From Polyangiales bacterium (GTDB lineage Bacteria; Myxococcota_A; Polyangia; Polyangiales; JADJQN01): a stretch of DNA of 64,000 nucleotides. The notes below the pieces were generated by a model. That model did not search any database and was not told the origin of the DNA. It saw nothing but the letters and a program-made list of their open reading frames with translations. Both the position numbers and the translations under genes were made by a program. How positions within the stretch are numbered: position 1 is the stretch's first letter; every line of letters begins with the position of its first letter. This document shows, one piece after another, positions 1 to 9,986 of the stretch. The stretch is from positions 704,001 through 768,000 of the forward strand of contig CAXNJO010000003.1 of the NCBI GenBank assembly GCA_964202905.1, read 5' to 3'.

Positions 1-343
1 CATGTCGCTGCGCATCTCGGTGAAGGTCCCCGGCGCCGCGCTCGCGCTCACGCCCGGCCTCGAGATCACGCCCGTCGAGCTCGACTTCGCCTTCGCGGAC
101 GCGTTCGGCGAGGGGATGCACAGCGCCTACGCGACGCTCTTGCTCGACGCGATGCGCGGCGACGCGACGCTCTTCACGCGCTCGGACGAGGTCGAGGCGG
201 GCTGGGCCCTCACGGACCCGCTGCTGCATCTCTGGGAGCAGAGCGGGGACACGCAGGTGCCGACCTACGCGGCGGGCTCGTGGGGCCCGCACGAGGCCGA
301 CGAGCTGCTCGCCGCCGACGGCTTCGCGTGGCGAAAGCCCTGA
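1..343 (+). CDS. zwf: glucose-6-phosphate 1-dehydrogenase, C-terminal part (5' truncated by window)
   Basis: AYATLLLDAMRGDATLFTRSDEVEAGW...YAAGSWGP matches the G6PD C-terminus. Confidence 0.9.
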   Translation, partial: MSLRISVKVPGAALALTPGLEITPVELDFAFADAFGEGMHSAYATLLLDAMRGDATLFTRSDEVEAGWALTDPLLHLWEQSGDTQVPTYAAGSWGPHEADELLAADGFAWRKP

Positions 344-432
344 GCGGGCACAGCGCACACGAACGCAGCGCGCGACGGTGCGTTGCAGCTTGACGAACGC
401 GTGCGGTTGACGGTGTATTGCCGCCCATCGCC

Positions 433-1467
433 ATGCCCTACGCGTACATCTCCGGAACCGGGTTCTTCGCTCCGCCGCGGGTCGTCACCAACGACGCTCT
501 CGTGAAGGAGTTCGGCATCGACACCACGCACGACTGGATCGTGCAGCGCACCGGCATCGAGGAGCGCCGCTTCGCGGACGACGGCGTCGGCTCGGCGGAC
601 CTCGGCGCCGAGGCCGCGCGCATGGCCCTGAAGAACGCCGGCATCGAGGCGCACGACCTCGACATGATCATCTTCGCGACGCTCTCGCCGGAACACTGCT
701 TCCCCGGCTCGGGCGTCTACCTCCAGCAGAAGCTCGGCCTCTGCGACGGCCCGAAGGCGAAGTTCGTCCCCGCGCTCGACGTCCGCAACCAGTGCTCGGG
801 CTTCCTCTACGGGCTCAGCACGGCGACCTCGATGGTGAAGTCGGGCGCATGCCGCCACGTGCTCGTCGTCGGCGGCGAGGTGCACTCGCACGCGCTCGAC
901 CTCTCCACGCGCGGCCGCACCGTCGCCTGCCTCTTCGGCGACGCGGCGGGCGCCGTCGTCGTGAGCGCCACCGACGAGGACCGCGGCGTGCGCGCCTGGA
1001 AGCTCGGCGCCGACGGCCGCTACGCGGACAAGCTCTCGCAGAAGGTCTGGGACATCCGCAAGATGCCCTTCATCCCCCTCGACGCCGAGGGCGTCGGGCA
1101 GGTCGCGCCCGAGGCGATGTGGGCGCAGATGGACGGCAAGCTCGTCTTCCGCCACGCGGTCGAGCGCATGGTCACCGTGTTGATGGAGACCTGCATCGAG
1201 GCCGGCGTGACGGGCAACGAGATCGACCTCTTCGTCTTCCACCAGGCGAACCTGCGCATCAATCAATACATTCAGAATGAGATTCTGAAACTCCCCGACA
1301 GCAAGTTCATCCACAACATCCAGCGCTATGGGAACACCACCGCTGCGACGATCCCGAGTCTGCTGCACGAAGCGGTCGAGACGGGGCGTTTGCAGCGCGG
1401 AATGAAGGTCGCGTGTGTGGCGTTTGGCAGTGGGTTCACTTGGGGGGCGGCGGTGATTGATTGGTAG
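433..1467 (+). CDS. fabH: 3-oxoacyl-ACP synthase III (FabH family)
   Basis: WIVQRTGIEERR, catalytic Cys (NQCSGF), His (FHQAN), Asn (YGNT), GSGFTWG; ATG at 433 chosen as start. Confidence 0.92.
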   Translation: MPYAYISGTGFFAPPRVVTNDALVKEFGIDTTHDWIVQRTGIEERRFADDGVGSADLGAEAARMALKNAGIEAHDLDMIIFATLSPEHCFPGSGVYLQQKLGLCDGPKAKFVPALDVRNQCSGFLYGLSTATSMVKSGACRHVLVVGGEVHSHALDLSTRGRTVACLFGDAAGAVVVSATDEDRGVRAWKLGADGRYADKLSQKVWDIRKMPFIPLDAEGVGQVAPEAMWAQMDGKLVFRHAVERMVTVLMETCIEAGVTGNEIDLFVFHQANLRINQYIQNEILKLPDSKFIHNIQRYGNTTAATIPSLLHEAVETGRLQRGMKVACVAFGSGFTWGAAVIDW

Positions 1468-1475
1468 GGAGACTG

Positions 1476-1543
1476 CCCTCCCACTCCCAACCCTCGCCCT
1501 CCCTCGGGAGGGCGAGGGCTTTGGAGGGGCGGCGCGTCAGGTG
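1476..1543 (+). repeat. REP-like palindromic element, copy 1
   Basis: CCCTCCCACTCCCAA followed by inverted repeat CCCTCGCCCTCCC-TC-GGGAGGGCGAGGG (1491-1518); similar to 8341-8410 and 12005-12073. Confidence 0.7.
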
Positions 1544-1679
1544 GCCGCCTGGACGCGAGGGCCGGGGGCAGGTGGGGATTCCTTGGAGGCAGTTTTGGGA
1601 GGGATTCCCATCAGAAATGGAGGCGATGCCAGGTAGAGATTCGTTGAGATGGGACGTTGGGGGCTGGTAGCCTGGTGGG

Positions 1680-4600
1680 ATGTCCACGTTTCGCCGGGCG
1701 GAGGGGCTTCCGGAAGGGGTTTACGACGAGATCGTGTCGGAGGCGCTGGCGCGGCGGCTGTCGGAGTTGGCGCCGGCGCAGGTCGATGTGCGGGAGCTTC
1801 GGGACGACGCGGAGATGGATGCGCAGCTCGTGGTGCGCGTGCGGGACGCCGTGCGCATCGCGCTCGGGGCGCGTCGGCACCGCGACGACAAGCTGGCGCT
1901 CGCGCGCGGCCTGCTCGAGCTGCTCTCCCGCGAGCCCGCCTTCGCGCCGGGCGAGCTCTCGTTGCAGCCCCGCCTGCTGCGACGGATCGACCCGCTCGTG
2001 CACGGCGAGGCGGCTGAGTCCGGAGGGACCCCGCGCGGCTCGCTGCTCTGCTCCGGGCTCATCACCAACGCCCAGGGCGAGAGCGTCCTCGATCACCTGA
2101 CGAGCGAGTTCGCGAGCGCCGATCGCATCGATCTCCTCTGTTCGTTCATCAAGCTGAGCGGGCTCGATCGCATCCGTCGGCTCATCGAGCGCCACCGCGC
2201 GCGCGGGCGTGCGCTGCGCGTGCTCACGACGACGTACATGCGCGCGACCGATCGCAAGGCGATCGAGCTGCTTCACCACCTCGGCGCCGAAGTGCGCATC
2301 TCCTACGACGACAGCCACACGCGTCTTCACGCGAAGGCGTGGATCTTCCACCGCGAGAGCGCCTATTCCACGGCCTACGTGGGCTCGTCGAATCTCTCGC
2401 ACGCCGCGCAGACGGACGGCCTCGAATGGAACGTCCGCATCGCGCAGGCCGACCAGCCCGCGCTCGTCGAGGAGATGGCCGGCGTGTTCGAGTCCTATTG
2501 GTCGGACGCGGACAAATTCGAGCCTTTCGACGGCAGCGACGCCTCGCGACGACGCCTCGCGCGCGCGCTGACACCCCCCGACACGCGGGATGCGCTGAGT
2601 GCCTACGATCTCGAGCCGCGCGAATGGCAGAAACCCATTCTGCGCGAGCTCGTCGAAGCCCGGCGCGCCGGACGCCACAAGAACCTGGTCGTCGCCGCCA
2701 CCGGCACCGGGAAAACGCTGATCGCCGCCTTCGACTTCGAGAGGCTCTTTGGCGATGCGACACGCGCAGACGCTGCTCTTCGTCGCGCACCGCAAGGAGA
2801 TCCTCGAGCAGGCCCGGAAAGCCTTCCGCGACGTCCTGCGCCTGCCGAACTTCGGGGAGCTCTGGGTCGATGGCCAGCGCCCCGTGGACTTTCGGCACGT
2901 CTTCGCGTCGATTCAGTCGCTCGACCGTTCCGCAATCGAGGGGGCCGCGCTCGATCCCGCGCACTTCCACCACGTCGTCGTCGACGAGGTCCACCACGCG
3001 GCCGCGCGCACGTACGACACGCTTCTCAGGCACCTCGCGCCGCGCGAGCTCGTCGGGCTCACGGCGACCCCGGAGCGCGCCGACGGCCGCACGTACGACG
3101 CCCATTTCCCGCCGCCGTTCATCGGCAATCTCCGCGTCTGGTCGGCCATCCCGGACGTGCTCGTCCCCTTCCGCTACTTCGTCCTCGACGTCGACGGCGT
3201 CGACCTGACCGACGCGAAGTGGAACGGCGGCTACGTCGACGCCGATCTCTCGCAGCGCCTCATCACCGCCGCCGAGCTCTGGATTCGCACCGTCCTGCGC
3301 GCGCTCCGCGATCACGTCGCGCGCCCGGAGCGTGTCCGCGCGCTCGCCTTCTGCGTCGACAAGGCGCACGCCGCCGTCGTCGCCGAGCGGCTCTCGCGCG
3401 ACGCCGGGCTCACCGCGCGCGTGCTGACGGACGACACGCCCCGCGAAGAGCGCAGCCGCGCGAAGGAGGACCTACGGACGGGGCGCGTGCAGGTGCTCTG
3501 CGTCGTCGACCTCTTCAACGAGGGCGTCGACATCCCGGACGTGAATACCCTCTTTCTCTTTCGCCCCACCGAGAGCGCGACGGTCTTCTTGCAGCAGCTC
3601 GGCCGCGGTCTCCGGCGCACGCGCGACAAAGACCTCCTCACCGTCTTCGATCTGACGGGCCGCCAACACCCACGCTTCCGCTTCGACCGCAACCTGCGCG
3701 CGCTCCTGGGGCACACACCCCGTGAGCTGCGCAGCTTCGTCGAGAAGGGCCTCGGACGCCTGCCATCGGGGTGCGTCGTCGCCTTCGAAGAGCGCGCGCA
3801 GCAGGATCTGCTCGAGCACCTCCGGCGCGCCATTCCCTCGAACGTTCGCGGCATGCGCGAGCTGCTGAGCGCGCACCGCGACGAGGGTTGGACGCTCGCG
3901 CGCTTCCTCGAAGAGACGGATGTCGACGTCTTCGACCTCTATCGCGACGGCCGCACCTGGCACTCGCTGCGCGCCGACGTCGGGCTCACCACGATGCCCG
4001 CCGACGCCGCCGAGCGCGCCGCGCTCTCCAACGTGCAGAAGCTCCTCGAGGTCGACGACCCGATCCGAATCGACGCCTGGCACCGCTTCGCCCGGGGCGA
4101 GTCACCACGCGACGCGCGCGAGCGTCGCCTCGCCGCGATGCTCTTCGTCACGCTCTATGGCCGCTTCGCGCAGGCACGCCTCGACGAGCGTTTCACGGCG
4201 TGGCGCGCCCACGCGTCGCTGCGCGCGGAGGTCGAGGCGCTCCTCCCCGTGCTCGCGCAGCGCACGGAGTGCCTGCCGCGCGGATTCGCGCTCGACGACG
4301 ACATCCCTCTGATGCTCCACGCGCGGTATCTCGATCTCGAGCTCTCCGCAGCCTTTGGCGTCGTCTCGGGAAACAAGGGCGAATTTCGCAACTTCTACAC
4401 CGGCGTCGAGCCGGTCTGTGGCGGCCGCTACGATCTCTTGCTCGTCACGCTCGAGAAGAGCGACAGCACCGACGAGCACCTCCGCTACAAAGACTATCCC
4501 CTGCAAGAGGCGCTCTTTCATTGGCAGTCGCAGTCGGACACGCGCCAGTCCGATACCCGCGGTCGCCGCCACGTCCAGCCCGCTTCACAAGGCGTGACGC

Positions 4601-4776
4601 CGCTGCTCTTCGTCCGCGAACGCAAGAAGGACGCGCGCGGCGTCACCTGCGCGTTCCGCTTCCTCGGAGCGGTGACGCCCGAGCGCGTCGAGGGCGAGCG
4701 GCCCATTTCGATCACCTGGCGCCTCGGCACACCGCTCCGCGCGGAGTGGGTGCGACGCTGGGGTCAGGTCGGCTGA
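1680..4776 (+). CDS. PLD nuclease - SF2 helicase - DUF3427 protein (SauUSI-like type IV restriction enzyme); one apparent frameshift near 2750-2765
   Basis: HKD-type motif RLHAKAWIF...YVGSSNLS and Walker A ATGTGKT in frame 1680; DEVHH, TATPER, FNEGVDIP, QQLGRGLR and C-terminal YKDY...FHWQSQ in frame 2749. Confidence 0.85.
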
Positions 4777-4989
4777 CGACGCGTGCGCGCAACGCGACGA
4801 AGGCCGATGTGACGAATCCCCCTGTCACGCCGGCGCGCATCACGTGGGGGGTTGTTTGGACGGATATCGCTCAGGGGGTTGGCCGCACCCGCCGGAGCGT
4901 CCATGGCGCGGGATCGATCACGGGCTCGCGGTCGTCGAGCCGCGCGCGCACGAAACGGCGGCAATCCCCGGGGCCGCGAGCCTTGTTCA

Positions 4990-5175
4990 GCTCGCTGAGC
5001 ACGCCACCTTCGACGCCCACGTTCGCGACGCCCTGCGTGTGGCCAGCGCAGTCCGGTCGAACCCAGGGCGAAACACGCCCTCGACGCCCGGCGGATGGAG
5101 ATCGCCATTCTCGCCGTCGAGGTCCGCGAGCGCGATTCGTCCGCCGGGGGCGAGGTGGCGCGGTTCATCGGGCCG
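4990..5175 (-). pseudogene. remnant of a class I SAM methyltransferase C-terminus
   Basis: HLAPGGRIALADLDGENGDLHPPGVEGVFRPGFDR resembles the L.PGG.L.IADLD.EDG.FH...GFDR segment; no intact N-terminus seen. Confidence 0.45.
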
Positions 5176-5302
5176 GAACGCGGCGCGCGCGCGGCCCCGA
5201 TGTTCGCGTGCGACGGTCACCCGTGAAGACGGGCGTCCACGCGGCGCCTCTCTGGCGTAGGATGATGGACCGAATTCCCGGAACGCTCGATTTCGCCTCC
5301 CG

Positions 5303-6469
5303 ATGCACCTCGATTTCACGACGCTGCTCACGCTGCAGGTTCTCTCGTCGCTCACGTCCGCCATCGTCCTCGCCTCCGCCATGGGGCCTACCGAGCCCGC
5401 CGGCCTCCGCGATGCGATGCGCTCGCTGCTCTGCCTTGCGGGCGCAAACGGGTTTCTCTTGCTGCGCGACGTCGAGCCGCAGGCGCTGTCGATCCTCGGC
5501 GGCAATCCCCTCTACTGGCTCAGCAGCGCGTTCATGTACCGCGCCCTCGGCGCCTTCAACGGACGCGCGCGCCCCGCACGCTGGCCCTTCGCGCTCGTGT
5601 TCGCCGCGATGCTCGTCTTTGGAGCGGTCGTGGGCTTTGCCGGTCCGTACGGCGTCCGCGCCATCCTCAGCTCGTGGGTCGTGCTCGTGATGCTCTGTGG
5701 CGCGCTCTACGAGCTCGCGCGCGACCGTGGGCTCACCCGCGAGCCGACGCGCAAGATCACGTTCACGCTGCTCGCGGTCGCGGCCACGGGGCTGCTCGTG
5801 CGCGGGCTGCTCCTTCTACCGCGCTGGGCAGAGCCGAGACGTCCTCCGGTGACCGATCTGCAGATCGCGCTCGCTCATCTCCCCGGCCTGCTCGTGGCAT
5901 CGGGCTTCGGCCTCGGCTTTCTGGTCATGCACCATCAGCGCGTCGCCGCACACGCCGCACAAGCGGCCGCCACCGACGCGCTGACGGGATGTGCCAATCG
6001 CCGCGCGCTCGAGGCCCAGGTGCGCGTCGAGCTCGCGCACGCTGCGCGCAAGGGGCGCGCGTGCGCGCTCGTGGTGGGTGACCTCGACCACTTCAAGACC
6101 GTGAATGACCGCTACGGACACGCTGCAGGCGACGCCGTGCTCGTCGAGGTCGCGCGTGTGTTCCGCGCCACGGTGCGTCCGGGTGACATGGTCGCGCGCT
6201 ACGGCGGCGAGGAGTTCTGCGTGCTGTTGCGCGAGGCGGGCCCGGAGGAGGCGACGGTCGCGGCAGAGCGTCTGTGTCAGGCGCTGCGCGGCATCACCGT
6301 CCACGCGTCTGGCGCCTCGATCACGGTTCGAGGCAGCTTTGGTGTCGCCGCTTCACAGAAGGGTGATCCCGCAACATGGGAGTCGCTCTTCCGCCGGGCG
6401 GATACCGCGCTCTACCGCGCCAAGGCACAAGGCCGCGATCAGGTCGTGCTCGACGCGGCGCAGGGCTGA
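5303..6469 (+). CDS. membrane-bound diguanylate cyclase (multi-TM + GGDEF)
   Basis: several hydrophobic helices, then DALTG, DLDHFK, I-site RPGD and GGEEF. Confidence 0.9.
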   Translation: MHLDFTTLLTLQVLSSLTSAIVLASAMGPTEPAGLRDAMRSLLCLAGANGFLLLRDVEPQALSILGGNPLYWLSSAFMYRALGAFNGRARPARWPFALVFAAMLVFGAVVGFAGPYGVRAILSSWVVLVMLCGALYELARDRGLTREPTRKITFTLLAVAATGLLVRGLLLLPRWAEPRRPPVTDLQIALAHLPGLLVASGFGLGFLVMHHQRVAAHAAQAAATDALTGCANRRALEAQVRVELAHAARKGRACALVVGDLDHFKTVNDRYGHAAGDAVLVEVARVFRATVRPGDMVARYGGEEFCVLLREAGPEEATVAAERLCQALRGITVHASGASITVRGSFGVAASQKGDPATWESLFRRADTALYRAKAQGRDQVVLDAAQG

Positions 6470-6539
6470 TCACGCCGACACGCACATCGTCCTTGGCGGC
6501 CCCCGGCGAGACGGCGCGCCACGATTTCGCCAGCGCAGG

Positions 6540-6681
6540 GTGCGACGCAGATCGACGTGCCGTCGAGCGCATGCCAGCCCTCGCGCTCCGTCGGGTCGAG
6601 GCGGGACTCGTCGGGAGCTGCCCGGTCTATACCCTCCTGGGCATCTCCACCTGCCCCCGGAGAACCGTCACCGGGTCGTGA
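6540..6681 (+). pseudogene. remnant of a DUF2892/YgaP-like small membrane protein
   Basis: AGLVGSCPVYTLLGISTC matches the family's C-terminal motif; the TM N-terminus is missing. Confidence 0.5.
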
Positions 6682-6879
6682 GCAACCCGTGCCAACACCT
6701 CACGGGACCCGCCCGCGCGCAAGGAACGCCTGCGTTCGGTCGCGGACGCGCGCTGGCAGGTCGGGCTTCTCATCGGCGCTGGGCTGGATGACGAAGCGGC
6801 GTGATCGACCCGTATTCTGATTCACGACGACGAGGGTGAGCGCGCCATCCCCGGCGGCCGCGACGCGAGCGCAGGAACC

Positions 6880-7230
6880 GCGCCCACGGGGACCACCGAC
6901 GACACGAAAGCGGCATACCCGCCGGGACACGAATCTCCCGACGGGCATGCCGCCCCGATTCCAAACCAACCTCCACGGCGGACGCACGTCCTCCGCGCGC
7001 TTCACCGCGGCTCTGCAACGCTTCGACACGGCCGCAGTGTGTCGATTCCGCGACGACGAGAATCGATGTTCACTGCACCGGCAACAACAGGCCATCGACA
7101 GACACAACGAGGGACAACGTCTCAGGGCATCCACGACAACAGACAACGAATCAACCAGTCATTCGATCCGCGCCGCATCGAACCCACAACGAAGCAACGA
7201 ATCCACGTGATGCGGAGCGAGTGCGCTGCA
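6880..7230 (-). ncRNA. candidate structured non-coding RNA or regulatory region
   Basis: 18-bp stem 6910-6953 whose two mismatches are G.U pairs on the minus strand; further short stems at 7023-7045 and 7042-7066; about ten CAAC motifs; no convincing ORF. Confidence 0.3.
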
Positions 7231-7234
7231 CGGT

Positions 7235-8233
7235 TCAGCGCGCAACACCCACGGAGGCCGTCGAGACCGCCGCGTCGTCCTGCGCGGCGAGGTACGTCTC
7301 CGCGCACGCCAACAAGGTGTTGTCGTGGATCTCGAGCACCGCCGGGATGCTGCCGTCGGGCTTCGTCTGATAGCCGCCAGCGAGATTCCAGACGACGGGG
7401 ATGCCCCTCGCGGCGAGCGTGCGGAAGACGACGGCGTCGCGCTTGCGGAGCTGCGCGGTGGTGAGGAAGCCGCCGAGCGGGTCCTTCACGTGCGGGTCGG
7501 CGCCCGCCTGATAGAGGACGACATCGCAGCCCGTCATCGCCTCGAGCGACTCGGGGAGCCACGACGCGAAGAACTCGGAGGCCTGGCGCGGCGCGTGGAA
7601 TGCGGCGCCGGCGGTGCAGTGCTCGACCCACTGGCTCGCACCGAGCTTGCGAACGATGTCGGTGGTGCCGTCGCCGTAGTGGAAGTCGCAGTCGAGGATG
7701 CCGACGCGCTTCGCGAGGCCCTCGGCATGGAGCGCCGCGGCGGTCACCATCAGCCCGTTGAACGTGCAGAAGCCGCCGCCGTCGTCGTGGCCGGCGTGGT
7801 GGAAGCCCGAGCACGGGGCCAGCGCGACGGGCGCGCCGCTCCGGAGCACGTGCCGCGCCGCGGAGAGCATCGCGCCGCTCGTCCACGGCAGCGAGGCGGC
7901 GACGCGCGCGTCGCGGTTGCCGAAGCCGTTCGCAATGCGGTGGGAGAGGACGCCCTCCACGTAGTCGCGGTCATGCGCGAGGCCGAGCTCGTCGACGGTG
8001 ACGGGCGTCACGGGGTGATCGACGAGCGGGATTCCGCGCGCGCGCCACGACTCGACGACCTGCGTCGGCTTCGCGGAGCTCGGCGAATACGAGGTGCGCG
8101 GCGCGACCATGCGCGGGTCGTAGAAGAGCGGCAGCGCCGCGAGCGGCGTGAACGCCGAGGTGTCGGCGACGCGGGAGAGGCCCCGGGGGGCGGTGCGGGT
8201 GGAGCGGGCGGAGCGGGCGTTGGGGTTCGTCAT
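7235..8233 (-). CDS. histone deacetylase family (Zn-dependent amidohydrolase), paralog 1
   Basis: SGFHHA, GGFCTFNG, DCDFHYGDG, YQAGADPH..DPLG, AGGY motifs. Confidence 0.9.
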   Translation of the reverse strand: MTNPNARSARSTRTAPRGLSRVADTSAFTPLAALPLFYDPRMVAPRTSYSPSSAKPTQVVESWRARGIPLVDHPVTPVTVDELGLAHDRDYVEGVLSHRIANGFGNRDARVAASLPWTSGAMLSAARHVLRSGAPVALAPCSGFHHAGHDDGGGFCTFNGLMVTAAALHAEGLAKRVGILDCDFHYGDGTTDIVRKLGASQWVEHCTAGAAFHAPRQASEFFASWLPESLEAMTGCDVVLYQAGADPHVKDPLGGFLTTAQLRKRDAVVFRTLAARGIPVVWNLAGGYQTKPDGSIPAVLEIHDNTLLACAETYLAAQDDAAVSTASVGVAR

Positions 8234-8258
8234 GGGGTTGAAGATGGCCTTTCAATGG

Positions 8259-8310
8259 CATGACTATCGAGAGCGTGAATGGGGCAGTCTTCGTGACTGA
8301 GATCGTCATG
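8259..8310 (-). promoter_or_regulatory. conserved upstream motif (TGAC-N7-GTCA core) of deacetylase paralog 1
   Basis: aligns by eye with 9956-10006 upstream of paralog 2. Confidence 0.45.
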
Positions 8311-8340
8311 TTTGGAAAAAGGGGAGGGGCCTCCGGCGGG

Positions 8341-8410
8341 CCCTCCCACTCCCCAACCCCCGCCCTCCCTCGGGAGGGTGGGGGCTTGTTCGGAGGGGGC
8401 GCGGCAGGCG
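8341..8410 (+). repeat. REP-like palindromic element, copy 2
   Basis: CCCTCCCACTCCCCAACCCCCGCCCTCCCTCGGGAGGGTGGGGG...TTCGGAGGGGGCGCGGCAGGCG. Confidence 0.7.
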
Positions 8411-8537
8411 AGGGCCGGTGAAGAGGCGCGGCTGCCCGTGGGGCGACTTCGCGGGCGCCGCGGGCGCTGCGGACGAGGAACGTTCAAACGAACGGCGGAG
8501 CGGGAAGGACGTTCAACGTCGACGAATGGGGCTGGAA

Positions 8538-8984
8538 TCAGGGGTCTTCGTCGATCCAGACGAGGTCGGGGTCGGCGGGGCCGGAGTGGAAGGCGAAGGC
8601 GGAGGAGGCGGAGCGCAGGGTGCGCTCGCCGGCGTCGGGGGAGAGGTCGAGGGCGGCGTAGAGGAGCTCGCCGGTGTCGTCGACGAGGCGTGCGGCGTGG
8701 AGGCCGGAGGCGGGGTCGGCGACGAAGAGCAGGTGGATGCCCATGCCGCTCTCGGAGATCGCGTCGCGGTCGATGACGCGCACGCGCGGCAGCGAGCGTT
8801 TCTCCGTGAGCGGGAGGTGGCGCGCCTCGAGCCGCAGGAGCGCGGGCGGCGCGACGCGGAGGGCGTAGACGGTCGGCGCGGTGGAGGGCTCGACGCCGTC
8901 TTCGAGCGCGTATTGCCAACCATCCTCGCGCGCGTCGAGCCAGGAGAGGATGTCGTCGGGGGAATCCTGCGTGTCGTCGCTCAT
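8538..8984 (-). CDS. hypothetical acidic protein (148 aa)
   Basis: AAGGA SD-like site upstream of ATG, GC3-biased codons, starts 18 nt after the stop of deacetylase paralog 2. Confidence 0.7.
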   Translation of the reverse strand: MSDDTQDSPDDILSWLDAREDGWQYALEDGVEPSTAPTVYALRVAPPALLRLEARHLPLTEKRSLPRVRVIDRDAISESGMGIHLLFVADPASGLHAARLVDDTGELLYAALDLSPDAGERTLRSASSAFAFHSGPADPDLVWIDEDP

Positions 8985-9002
8985 GGGTTTGTCCTTGGAG
9001 AA

Positions 9003-9932
9003 TCAGGCCTTCGGCAGATGCACCTCTGCGCAGGCGCGCAGGGTGTTGTCGTGAATCTCGAGCACGCGCGGGATGCTGCCGTCGGGCTCCTGCTGGTAGC
9101 CGCCCGCGAGGTCCCACACGACGGGGATGCCCATCGCCGCGAGGGTGCGGAAGACGATCGCGTCGCGCTCGCGCAGCTGCTCGGTGCGGAGGAAGCCGCC
9201 GAGCGGATCGTCGACGTGCGGGTCGGCGCCCGCCTGATAGAGGACGACGTCGCAGTCCTTCATGGACGCGATCCCCTCAGGCAGCCCGTGCATGAGGAAG
9301 TCGCTCGCCTGACGTCGCTCGCCGTAGGTCGCGCCCGCCGTCCAGTGGCGCACCCAGTCGTGCGCGCCGAGCGTGGTGAGGATGTCCTCGGTGCCGTCGC
9401 CGTAGTGGAAGTCGCAGTCGAGGATGCCGACGCGCTGCGCGAGCCCCTCGGCCCGCAGCGCGGTGGCCGCGACCATCAGGCCGTTGAAGGTGCAGAAGCC
9501 CGAGACGCGCTCGTGGCGTGCATGGTGAAAGCCCGAGCACGGCGCGATGGCCACGGGCGCGCTCGCCGTGAGCACATGCCGCGCGGCCGAGAGCAACGCG
9601 CCGCTCGTGAAGGGCAGCGAGTCGGCGACCGACCGCAGCGTGTTGCCGAAGCCGTTGGGCTTGCGGCACGCGAGCACGTTCTCGACGAAGCGCCGCTCGT
9701 GCGCGCGGGCGAAATCATCGACGGTGACGGGCGTGACGGCGCGCTCGTCGAGCGGCACGCCGAGCTTGCGCCACGACGCGACGACCTGCGCCGGCTTCTG
9801 TGCGCTCGGCGAGAAGGAGTTGTTCTCCGCGACCATGCGCGGGTCGTAGAACAGCGGCAGCGCCGCGAGGGGGGAGGTGACCGTGAGGTCGGTGGCGGAG
9901 GGCTTGGGGGAGCGGCGCGGCGGGTTGGACAT
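9003..9932 (-). CDS. histone deacetylase family, paralog 2
   Basis: same motifs as 7235..8233, with long identical stretches (PLAALPLFYDPRMVA, GILDCDFHYGDGT, DGSIP.VLEIHDNTL). Confidence 0.9.
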   Translation of the reverse strand: MSNPPRRSPKPSATDLTVTSPLAALPLFYDPRMVAENNSFSPSAQKPAQVVASWRKLGVPLDERAVTPVTVDDFARAHERRFVENVLACRKPNGFGNTLRSVADSLPFTSGALLSAARHVLTASAPVAIAPCSGFHHARHERVSGFCTFNGLMVAATALRAEGLAQRVGILDCDFHYGDGTEDILTTLGAHDWVRHWTAGATYGERRQASDFLMHGLPEGIASMKDCDVVLYQAGADPHVDDPLGGFLRTEQLRERDAIVFRTLAAMGIPVVWDLAGGYQQEPDGSIPRVLEIHDNTLRACAEVHLPKA

Positions 9933-9986
9933 GCCCCGAACATGACGTTTCGAGACCTGACGAACGAGAGTTCATTCCGGACGCTC

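Noticed and set aside
2745..2770. programmed frameshift or phase variation in the restriction gene
   Set aside because: No slippery heptamer or long simple repeat at the site, and similar indels are scattered across unrelated genes.
6880..7230. retron msr-msd, tmRNA, RNase P or SRP RNA
   Set aside because: No reverse transcriptase nearby, and no diagnostic conserved motif of these RNAs was recognised.
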